Assembly: GCA_009602725.1 (NCBI GenBank)
Contig: WELB01000006.1
Location: 342,687-406,686, forward strand
DNA length: 64,000 nt
Reading direction: 5' to 3'
Source of the DNA: Spirogloea muscicola
Lineage: Eukaryota
Shown: one piece after another, positions 56,290-64,000 of the stretch
How positions within the stretch are numbered: position 1 is the first letter of the stretch
Layout of the letters: the number at the start of each line of letters is the position of its first letter
Program-made: the position numbers and the translations under genes
Notes under the pieces: model-generated
Seen by the model: the letters and a program-made list of their open reading frames with translations, nothing else
Database searches by the model: none
What the model was told of the DNA's origin: nothing

Positions 56290-57135
56290 GGCTTGTTCCT
56301 GGACCTTGTCTACTTTATTGGGTTGGCCCAACTGAACAATTGCCTCCTTCAATTCCACCTCTGAATGCACTCGGCTGCCTTGCACTGCCGCTACTTGACA
56401 TCAGCAGCCGCTTCACTTGGGAAGACGAGCGTTCTCCTCTGGCTCACACGTGGGTACTGAGCATCCATCTTGATCTCCCTCTGCACCGTTGCGTGCTTTG
56501 TAGTGTAGTCCTTTTTCGGCACTTCTATCTTTGGCTTTGGACATTGTCCATTCTTTTTGGGTTGGCTTTGCCAGCCCCTCTTTTCTATGGGCGAGCTCTT
56601 CTTCTGGCTCTGGCCAGGGGCCCCATTTCCGGGAGCCTAGCATCTCTGATCCGCGGCTGCTTAGCAGGGGTTACTGAGTGATTCGTAGCTGCTTTGTTTC
56701 TTTGTGTGCTTGTATGTCTTAGCGCTTCCCCTGGCCCCCTTCTCGTACTTTGTTCATTCTTTTTTGGGCTGGCTTTTCCAGCCCCTCTTCTCAATGGGCG
56801 AGCCCTTTTCCTTCTCCTCGCTCTGCTCGAGGCTATTCTGCTAATTGAAGCTGCCAGCTACGCATTCCTCTCAGCTGGCCAATCACGGCAATCGCGCTGC
56901 TTCTCTTCTCAGTGTGTCCTTCATCCACTGACATTGCCTCGCAGTGGACATGTTTGAGACAGCTCTACTTAGAAACAGCTCTATCAAAGTAAGGCTAAAA
57001 CTGTGAGAGCTCCAGCTCGTCACAGCACGCCAAATTTCTGCTCATTGCTCGCAGTCTTTCTCTCGCAGTCTCTTCAGTACATGGCAGTCAGTCCTGTTCC
57101 TTTGCGGCCCCATCCATCTCTTGGGCTGGCCCTCT
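56290..57135 (+). repeat. Forward array of the GGGCTGGC repeat family
   Basis: Motif copies at ~56299, 56532, 56735 and 57105. 56440-56597 matches 35-190. Confidence 0.75.
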
Positions 57136-57734
57136 AGGGGCCAGGTGCATCCACCTGGCCCCTGATTACCTCCTCTGCCTTCTAGTCTGCAGTGACATAT
57201 GGACCATAATTGTCAAATGACAGCCTCGTGGTCCCGCTTGACTCAAGCCCCAAGACGCACAGCACCTGCCCCAACATGCAGGTATGGTCAGGCTTTGTAC
57301 TGAACCCCAGGACAAGCTCGGGGAGAGGAAGTTTTGACTGCTCGCCTGCCTCAGCTGCTTTCGAGGTCCAGCTCGTTGTCCCACATCTTGCCAATACGAC
57401 TGACTTTGCAACCACGAGTCCCACTCATGCTAGTGCTCTGTATTTGATAACCGTCACTGGTCTTGACAGGATGCGCACTCGCATTCAATATGCATCGAAA
57501 TTGCATTCAGCAATTTGATGATTGAGATACACAAGTTAGAAGGAACAAAGAATACATTGATGAACGAAGAGAAATGAAAGAATTTCTCCTGCATGGCCGC
57601 CGCTCCACATGGGCCACTTTTGCAGCACAGGCAGGTGCAGAGGATGCACTGAGCTCGAGCAGGGCAGCTGGCCGCGTGACGCTGGTCTGTGACAGAAAAG
57701 AAGCTCGCTGATCCAAAGTGGGCGAGGGCTATGA

Positions 57735-58724
57735 AAAGCTAGCCCAGACAGGATGGACAAGATCCGAAGGCGCTGGAACCGCTGAAGCCCAAAACTAAGC
57801 ACAAACAGCAGCTCCTTCCAAGTGGCCGGGGGCTGCAGAAGGGCTACAAAGCCAGCCCAGAGGAAAGTCTTGTTAAAAAGGTCATTCAGGAAAAACAGCT
57901 CTTCAATAAAAGGTAATAACTTCAAGAGACCAGCCAAAACAAACTGAACAAAGTCAGATGGTGCAAAGGACGAAATACGCATATGCTTGGTGAAGGGTGT
58001 AAAATATGGAGTAGCCCTTCCTAACGAGAAATAGCTCTCGCAAGGTAAGGCGATGGCGTAAGCAGCTCTTCTCAAAGGAGGTGAAGGGGCTCTGAATGCC
58101 AGCCCAAAACGAAGAATAATCTTAATTAAGGCAGTCACTGCCGTTTGAGAAGAAGACCTTTCTCTTCCCATCTTCATTTGGAGGAAAAGTCTGCGATGGC
58201 TGTGGGACAAAGTAGTAGCTTTTTCAGAGGCGCGAGGGCAAGGGCCAGCTTTTAGAAGCCTTACAAGGTCCTAGTCACGGAAAGCAGATAGCACAAGGAG
58301 CCAGGGAGAAGAGAAGTGGCACTCCCGGGGGCAAGGGCAGCGAAAAGCCAGCCCAAAAGAAATTGACGAAGGGTCGGAGGGGCCTTCAAGCGTTTAGCAG
58401 CGTCAAAGGGGCCTGAAGATGCTATGTCAGAACAGGGGAAGGATGGATCACTCAGGAGTTACGAGTGAGGAGTTACGAGAGAGAAGGCGCGTGGTGCACA
58501 GATGAGGCAAGGCAGTAATCAAAATAAGTAAGCTCTTCTAGTATCAGCAGCGGCAATCTTCCATTGGGGCGTGGGGCTGTGAAAGCAAGCCCAAAAAAGG
58601 TAGAAGGGGCCGCAAAGCACTAAGTACACAACCAAGCAAGTATCACGCAAGTAAGCTCATCCAACGGGGGCGCGGGCTGTATAAAGCCAGCCCGAGAAAA
58701 CTGTACAAGGTCCGAAGGGGCTGA
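57735..58724 (-). repeat. Reverse-orientation array of the GGGCTGGC repeat family, abutting the viral block
   Basis: AAAGCCAGCCC.(A-rich).ACAAGGTCCGAAGGGGC-type copies at ~57735, 57848, 58097, 58345, 58581 and 58683-58720. Confidence 0.7.
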
Positions 58725-59150
58725 ATGACATGTCAAGCACCGACGAAGGGTGGTCACCTAGTAAAGCCAAGGGCCTTTTACAATGGTGTGTGGAGAACCC
58801 TTAAGGTACACGAGGAGCAGGAGGTCTTAGATAGCTACAGGGATCTAGTCAACAATCTCATGGATCACGTAGATGAGTGCCCTGTGTATGGGATGATATC
58901 TGTTATAGACGGGGACATGAGGCTACGCTTGCGCAATATTGAGGACTTTAACATGTCTGTTGAGGACCGGAGGTACGTCAGGAGAGGTAAGAATATAAAG
59001 TCTATAAAGAAGGCGGACCTCGCTCATATAAGCGCTTTTGTTGACAATATAGCTGGCAAACCTGAGAGCAACAGTTCTGGCCCTATAAGCAGCATCATCA
59101 AGCATATTGACAGCGTAGTTGTGGGCATGGGTATGTACGCAATAATATGA
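58725..59150 (+). CDS. Viral hypothetical protein; possibly the 5'-truncated C-terminus of a D6/D11 (VETF-S/NPH-I)-like helicase
   Basis: PVYGMISVIDGDMRLR...EDRRYVRRGKNIKSIKKADLAHI recalls the C-terminal tail of NCLDV D6/D11-like helicases (from memory, unverified). The ORF begins at the junction with the host repeat. Confidence 0.45.
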   Translation: MTCQAPTKGGHLVKPRAFYNGVWRTLKVHEEQEVLDSYRDLVNNLMDHVDECPVYGMISVIDGDMRLRLRNIEDFNMSVEDRRYVRRGKNIKSIKKADLAHISAFVDNIAGKPESNSSGPISSIIKHIDSVVVGMGMYAII

Positions 59151-59350
59151 TGGAAGAGGCCTTCGGAAGACTCAGCGATATCCAGAGGAGGCACGTTAAC
59201 AAGCAAATGTTTGCCCTTGCCTACGGCTGCATAACGCGGTCCAGAGGTGACCCCAAAATCTTGCGCAAGATAGTATCAGAAGAAGGAGGATCACCTGATT
59301 TAACAGCAGATCTCCTCAGATATTGCAGGCTCGTAGAATCGGTAATGTAA
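59147..59350 (+). CDS. Viral hypothetical protein (67 aa)
   Basis: ATGA overlap with the upstream ORF and TAATG overlap with RPB5. Same base composition as the rest of the block. Confidence 0.6.
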   Translation: MMEEAFGRLSDIQRRHVNKQMFALAYGCITRSRGDPKILRKIVSEEGGSPDLTADLLRYCRLVESVM

Positions 59351-59838
59351 TGGACACCCTCAGAAGGCTAAGACCTTCACACTCCTTTATTGACTACACT
59401 GAGAGGGTGTGCGATAAGCGGTCTATTGCCTACCTCCTAGTAGAGATAAGGAGGCACATAAACTATGGGGAAGGCCATGCACATAAATCTGGATACCAGG
59501 GCACAATCTCGCAAGAGACATCTGGCAACATAATAATTGTCAGGAACCATTCTGATGGCATTATCGGCAAGATTATAGAGGAGGTCGATCCAGAAGACAG
59601 CGCAAACGTCTTCTTGCAGTCTGAGTTAGACGTGGACCCAGTAAACAATTTGATGGTGCCCAAGCACAGGCCTGCTACAGATGAGGAGATAGGCTGGCTC
59701 ATAGAGAAGAATATACCTTGGCACAAGCTTCCAATAATAAAGATGAAGGACCCTATCCGTAGGTGGCACAACTTTACCCAAGGCTCTGTTGTTGCTATAG
59801 AAAGGGGCGATGGCATTTACTTCAGGCGCGCCTCTTAA
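59350..59838 (+). CDS. RPB5: Viral DNA-directed RNA polymerase subunit RPB5 homolog (162 aa)
   Basis: C-terminal assembly-domain motifs VFLQSELDVDPVNNLMVPKH...EE...KLPIIKMKDPIRRWHNFTQGSVVAIER...YFR, compared with canonical F..EL..N.....VPKH, LP.I...DP..R.....G.VV.I.R, YR. Intronless, with a short divergent N-terminus. Confidence 0.85.
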   Translation: MDTLRRLRPSHSFIDYTERVCDKRSIAYLLVEIRRHINYGEGHAHKSGYQGTISQETSGNIIIVRNHSDGIIGKIIEEVDPEDSANVFLQSELDVDPVNNLMVPKHRPATDEEIGWLIEKNIPWHKLPIIKMKDPIRRWHNFTQGSVVAIERGDGIYFRRAS

Positions 59839-59845
59839 AAGCTTT

Positions 59846-60310
59846 TTAAAAGCCACGTGTAAGAGCCATAACTATTATGCCCCTATCTGCGTCTACCTCT
59901 ACTGGCTCAGCATATCTGCTGTAAAACCGCAGAAGGTGTGTGCTATCAAATGTTATAGAGAGCGTGACATTGGATCCTCTTCGAGAAACCTCTCTTAGCA
60001 TGTGCGTTCCAAATCCTCTCCTTCTCCACTCCTCTGCAACAAATAGCACGTGTATGTGAATACACTGCTCGCCATAGGGGCCAAACGCACACACTCCTAT
60101 TATGTCCCACTGGTCCGCCTTGCAGAGAAGGACCAAGAACACTGTGCTCTCACACTCCCAGTCTAACGAGGTCCGGTAATTTGAATCTAAGAAAGCCCTT
60201 ATAGCCGACCTTGTACGAGGGTTATTGTTGTCAAATTCTACAAGCTTTACTTCCATGGAAGGACCTGCGTCCGGTATCAAGTTTCTATGACGCGGGCCTG
60301 AGTGAATCAT
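59846..60310 (-). CDS. GNAT-family N-acetyltransferase (viral block)
   Basis: IIGVCAF, IHIHVLFVAEEWRRRGFGTHMLREV (acetyl-CoA binding motif A, RxxGxG) and LRFYSR. Confidence 0.85.
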   Translation of the reverse strand: MIHSGPRHRNLIPDAGPSMEVKLVEFDNNNPRTRSAIRAFLDSNYRTSLDWECESTVFLVLLCKADQWDIIGVCAFGPYGEQCIHIHVLFVAEEWRRRGFGTHMLREVSRRGSNVTLSITFDSTHLLRFYSRYAEPVEVDADRGIIVMALTRGF

Positions 60311-61149
60311 TTACTTTTTAAGAGATGCTGCATATCTCCAGCACATAAACGCGGGGCGTGCCATATCTATCACCGCATTTTCCCTGCTATGGACTCTTCC
60401 GCATTGTACGCACATCCCAGCCCTTATCCTATTAAGAAATATCCTAGAACCTGAGATGTGCTTTACTCTGAAGTGGTAGTAGAGGGCTTGGATATTATTT
60501 GTTTGGGCATTCGGGATACTCCTTTAATGGTGCTGAGCTCTAGTCCGTGCTCTCTTACGCCATCAGTAGCTGAGACTAGACCAAGTCGAAGTGAGCGCCT
60601 TGGAATGCACGGCTTTTTCCACCTCTCTTCTCCGAACTTAGTGCTGCCCTTTACCCTTATATTCTGGACAGTCTTGTACACACCCTTATCTACAAGTCTA
60701 TCCCATATTTGCCCCCTGGACACGAGGATGCACAATCCTGCGCATGTCTTAGCAGAGAACAAGAAGTTAGGGACAACAACGTGGTAAGATATCTTGCTAT
60801 CACTGCATATGTCGTATATAAGCACCTCTGGCACCCCTATTTCTAGCTCTGCAAATACACACCTTATCCTGTGCTCTACATGCCTTACGAAGTCATACAT
60901 GCGGAATAGATCGATGTCATCATCGTTGTTATGGCTGTCTATATCTTTAAAAAAATTTCTCCTGTCTGATGTCACTACCTCACTCACAGTCCTCTCGCTG
61001 CTTGAGAGTCCTGCGTACCAGCCCTCAAAATCTTCTACACTCGAGAAGCTAGAGAAGCACCTGCTCTTTCCTAGATCTATCTGTATGATAAAAGGGGCCT
61101 GAACAAGCCCTGAGAGAGTGTAATAAATCCTTGCCTTGTAGAAGAGCAT
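60311..61149 (-). pseudogene. Herpes/NCLDV-type archaeo-eukaryotic primase (PrimPol/UL52-like), split by a frameshift before its Zn-finger
   Basis: Motifs SEVV..DRRNFFKDID, KISYHVVV and VDKGVYKTVQNIRVKGSTK in 60463-61149. The Zn-binding tail FLNRIRAGMCVQCGRVHSRENA...FMCWR is in the -1 frame and ends at TAA 60311-60313. Confidence 0.8.
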
Positions 61150-61150
61150 G

Positions 61151-62044
61151 CTATCCTATGAGGAAGAATTCCCTGATGCTGTTTACGTCTATAGACTGGC
61201 TCGAAAGGCACAGCTCTGCCTTGTCTCTTAGTTGGTCAATTTTGTTCACTCTTGCGGGTCTTATACCTCTTGTCCCTAAGTTGTAGTCAGTGCCCATCAT
61301 ACAGCACTTGTAGACAACATCCTCACTGTTATGGGACTGGAATTTGTTAACTACGTCAGAGAGTGCAACATAAGAGACAGTGTTTAGGCTCACCTCTTTT
61401 ATCATGATTCTGGCGCCAAAGAGTGCTACACAGTCGAAATCTTCGGAAAGTACTGCATCTGCCCCCATAGTAGAACAGAGCCTGTCAGGTTCAAAGCTGT
61501 CGTCCTCTTTAGGGAAGACATGGAGGGCTGGCAGGGCCTCAGACCCGTGGCTTAGACAGACCTCTTCTATGTGGGTAATAAGGTATCTCTCAAAAGCGGC
61601 GTAGCACCCTAATATGGCCTTTATCTTCAGCAGATCTCTCTTGTAAGATTCCAGGGACCTGTCAAGCTCTTGGCGCGCCTCAAGCTTCTCCTTGGCTCTG
61701 TAGTGTCTCAGAGACTCCTTGTACGGGCAGGGAGTACTAGGACAGAGCACGTAAGATGCCTCCTTTATGGACATAATCTCTACCTCACACTTCATTTGCT
61801 GCAGGGCTTCATAGAACACTTTTCTCACCTCTGCTTCCACACCGTTTATTATTATCCCGAATACGCGCCCTATTTTTGTCCACAACTTCGCCTCGCAGCA
61901 GCACAACCTTATGTAGCGGAATGTCCGAGATCTTACGTCTACAGCTACCCTAGAGAAAGGCCTCTCATTTATGTGGCATTCCCTCACTCTCGTGTGCCTT
62001 GCAAGCTCCTTGTATCCCGACCCCTTCCAGCTTTTGAGCTCCAT
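61151..62044 (-). CDS. FEN1: FEN1/XPG (Rad2)-family flap endonuclease, viral type (297 aa)
   Basis: VAVDV...FRY (N-domain), FEPDRLC (EA[D/E]-equivalent), AVLSEDFDCVALFGA, CCMMGTDYNLGTRGIRP (H2TH motif). Intronless. Confidence 0.85.
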   Translation of the reverse strand: MELKSWKGSGYKELARHTRVRECHINERPFSRVAVDVRSRTFRYIRLCCCEAKLWTKIGRVFGIIINGVEAEVRKVFYEALQQMKCEVEIMSIKEASYVLCPSTPCPYKESLRHYRAKEKLEARQELDRSLESYKRDLLKIKAILGCYAAFERYLITHIEEVCLSHGSEALPALHVFPKEDDSFEPDRLCSTMGADAVLSEDFDCVALFGARIMIKEVSLNTVSYVALSDVVNKFQSHNSEDVVYKCCMMGTDYNLGTRGIRPARVNKIDQLRDKAELCLSSQSIDVNSIREFFLIG

Positions 62045-62075
62045 TAGTGTCGTGCTGCCAGTTACTCTGCATTAA

Positions 62076-62112
62076 TAGCGTCAATTTCGCAGCCGCGCGT
62101 AAACTGACGTTA
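62076..62112. promoter_or_regulatory. Candidate bidirectional viral early promoter (inverted AAA[T/C]TGACG pair)
   Basis: TAGCGTCAATTT (62076-62087) and AAACTGACGTTA (62101-62112) form an imperfect inverted repeat in the spacer between divergent genes. Each arm resembles the Mimivirus early motif AAAATTGA. Confidence 0.45.
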
Positions 62113-62161
62113 CTAGGAGCAAGATATACACCCTTCTTTGCGAAACAAACAGGAGAGCGCG

Positions 62162-62542
62162 ATGTCACCCAGCAAGCGCCCGTGCATAGAGGTAGAGAAT
62201 CGGAGGCGCCCAGCGTATGCCCGCGACCCTGTAGAGGACTTTGTGTCCATAATAAGAGAGGAGCGCGGTTGTACACAGGATGTCTACAGAGCAAATCTGA
62301 TGTTCCTAAGGAGCCTCATAAACAACTGCCACATACCAAAGTCTAGCATTATATGGGATAATGATTGTATCCACAAGATTCACGGCGTAAGGCTAGATCG
62401 CGAGAACAGGATAGTGTACGAGAGGGCGCAGAGTAAAAGAGAAGATGATATCAGGGACGAGCCTCATACAATGTCTGTAAACCTGTTGTCACTAAAAGAG
62501 GCTGTTTTAAGGGAGAAAAGATGGAATACCATGCAACATTAG
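62162..62542 (+). CDS. Viral hypothetical protein (126 aa)
   Basis: ATG at 62162, divergent from FEN1. Intronless, and overlaps the UDG start by 22 nt. Confidence 0.6.
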   Translation: MSPSKRPCIEVENRRRPAYARDPVEDFVSIIREERGCTQDVYRANLMFLRSLINNCHIPKSSIIWDNDCIHKIHGVRLDRENRIVYERAQSKREDDIRDEPHTMSVNLLSLKEAVLREKRWNTMQH

Positions 62543-62847
62543 AGGATTGGGCTTATTTTTTTGACGAAGAAAGGCTAAAATTGACTCTCAGCTACCTTAG
62601 GGAGTTTCACAGCAAATTTCAGGTTATTCCCAGGCCTTGCTACGAGTTCCGAATGTTCAAGATGATGCGCCCAGAGGCGGTAAGAGTAGTGATGGTAGGG
62701 CAATCGCCTTATCCTGGCGTGTGCCCTGTCACCCATGTGGAATATGCGTTTGGGCCTGCTTTCTATCCAAATCCTAGGTGCGCTACAACACCGGTTACGC
62801 TCCGCTTTATTATGGCCGAGCTTTGCCGGGATCTAGGGAATCATTGA
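62521..62847 (+). pseudogene. ung: Family-1 uracil-DNA glycosylase, N-terminal half only
   Basis: VIPRP..FRMF...PEAVRVVMVGQSPYPG, AFGPAF, PVTLRFIMAELCRD (cf. VKVVILGQDPY, A.GL.F, PPSL.NI.KEL..D). The GVLLLN and HPSP motifs are absent and the ORF stops where GC-rich host DNA resumes. Confidence 0.8.
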
Positions 62848-63030
62848 CGAGGTCAGGAGGGGCGAGGTGGGGCCCAGTCCGGCTGTCACGCGGCCGCAGT
62901 CAGCTGGACGTTGTGACAGTTGACCGGCCGATCGGTCGTGGGCCGCTCCGAGGAACCGATGTCCAGGATTGGGAAGATGGGTGTGGGGGGGNCTGCTGTC
63001 CTGAGCTTCACCTGGCCTGCACATCAAGGC

Positions 63031-63034
<4 letters not shown>

Positions 63035-63080
<46 letters not shown>

Positions 63081-63103
63081 ATATATATATATATATATAT
63101 ATA
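63035..63103. repeat. Compound (GA)n(TA)n microsatellite
   Basis: Seen directly. Confidence 0.95.
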
Positions 63104-64000
63104 AGAGCAGCTCAAACAGGAGCGAGAGAGGGGGAGAGGTATAATGCAAGTGGGAGAGAGTGCTCAAGAAAAATGGAAGAGAGAGGGAGAGCTAGGAAGG
63201 AAGTGGGAGGAGATGAAGCAGCTCCTCCGAAGTAAGAGGGAGAGTGAAAGAGATAGAGCGGGAGGAGAGAGCCAGCGTGGGGAGGGGAGGGCGTGGGGCA
63301 GCCAGCAACTGCAGAGCCATACCGGCGCGGCTTGGCGTCTGCGGCGCCGCTAGCCTGCCTACCTGAGCTGGCCTCGAGGCTGCACCATGGCACTTGCTGG
63401 GCTGATTGCTGAGCTGCCAGCTTGACGCCCACTTGGCATGACACGACCCACGTTGGATGCGGAGTCGGCTGTGCGAGGCGCGGGACTCTGGCAGTGACTA
63501 TAGAACGTTGAAGTGGCGTCTCGAGAGACCAGCACCAAGCTTGCTTGCAATTGTGCAGCGGCAAGCCATTGGCCTCCAGCGAGGCTAAGCCACCAGCAGC
63601 TATGCAGCGGCCTGCCGCTGGCTCCACTGGCAGGACCCTCATGTTGCGCTGTAGGCGCTTTATCCTCGCTTTCGTGAGCAGCATTCTCCTGCTTCCACTC
63701 TCACAGCCGACTTCACACCAGGCAGCAGGCTCCTGTGGCCTTCTCGGAATCCCTCTGGGCAAGATTGTCTACGTCACCAAGTTATATGGAGCTAACGTAA
63801 TCACGAGTCCAGGCAGCCCTAGAGGATCTGGGCAAGCCATTCTTATCTTTGACTTCAGAGTGAGCAGCAAGGCCTTGTAGAAGCTGTACTAATATGGAAG
63901 CAGATTGTCAGGACGAAGTTTTCATGTACTGGATTGCGTCTCATTCTGAGCTGTGAGTCGATGCTTAGGACCTCTTGTTCCTTTTTGAGTTGCTAGCGAA

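Larger units (their letters stand above)
58725..62847. mobile_element. Endogenous giant-virus (Nucleocytoviricota) genome fragment, about 4.1 kb
   Basis: Abrupt switch to lower-GC, intronless ORFs with overlapping or abutting starts and stops. The RPB5 + herpes-type primase + FEN1 + UDG combination is typical of NCLDV core genes. No N inside the block or at either junction. Confidence 0.85.

Noticed and set aside
57166..58210. ORFs of 224 and about 80 aa as a second degenerate RT or transposase
   Set aside because: No convincing catalytic motifs, and the frames run through copies of the non-coding repeat.
56290..58724. CRISPR-like array of GGGCTGGC repeats
   Set aside because: Copies are degenerate, irregularly spaced, in both orientations and dispersed across the window. 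No cas genes are present and the context is eukaryotic.
60466..60522. Programmed -1 ribosomal frameshift in the viral primase
   Set aside because: The only slippery-like heptamer (CCCAAAC) is not in the X XXY YYZ phase and no stimulatory structure is evident. A simple indel is more parsimonious.
58725..62847. Bacterial operon or contaminant contig
   Set aside because: RPB5 and a herpes-type primase are not bacterial, and both junctions lie inside N-free sequence shared with host repeats. Read-level confirmation is still needed.
63112..64000. 216-aa minus-strand ORF and flanking sequence
   Set aside because: No recognisable domain, and the C-terminal part merely translates a GA-rich tract. 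Possibly TE debris, but unsupported.

Overview
Intron-rich, GC-rich nuclear DNA of a green-lineage eukaryote, probably a streptophyte alga. The evidence is plant-type TTTAGGG/telo-box motifs and plant-like TDP1-beta, DUF760 and OTU genes. The window is a scaffold with three N-gaps (4013-4711, 33351-33421, 40556-41511) and single-N joins (10565, 23738, 53261, 55717, 62992). From 1.4 to 53 kb it carries eleven spliced host genes: FolD, FANCL, CFAP20/BUG22, EMC4, SPT6, RPB2, a DUF760 protein, a large Gly/Ser/Tyr-rich repeat protein ending in a SAM domain, TDP1-beta (HIRAN), RPL10 and an OTU deubiquitinase. The right end is accessory DNA: a decayed CRE-like non-LTR retrotransposon in the 5' region of the OTU gene, inverted arrays of an unclassified ~45-70 bp repeat, and then the main finding. 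That finding is a ~4.1 kb intronless, tightly packed block of giant-virus (Nucleocytoviricota)-type genes: RPB5, GNAT, a frameshifted herpes/NCLDV-type primase, a FEN1/XPG nuclease, a truncated uracil-DNA glycosylase and three hypotheticals. The block appears cut mid-gene at both ends, is contiguous with host DNA, and retains candidate viral promoter and terminator signals. Smaller oddities are a mitochondrial atp1 fragment in RPB2 intron 1, six GC-AG introns and degenerate telomere-repeat clusters in 5' introns. All assignments come from motif recognition by eye; no database searches were run.
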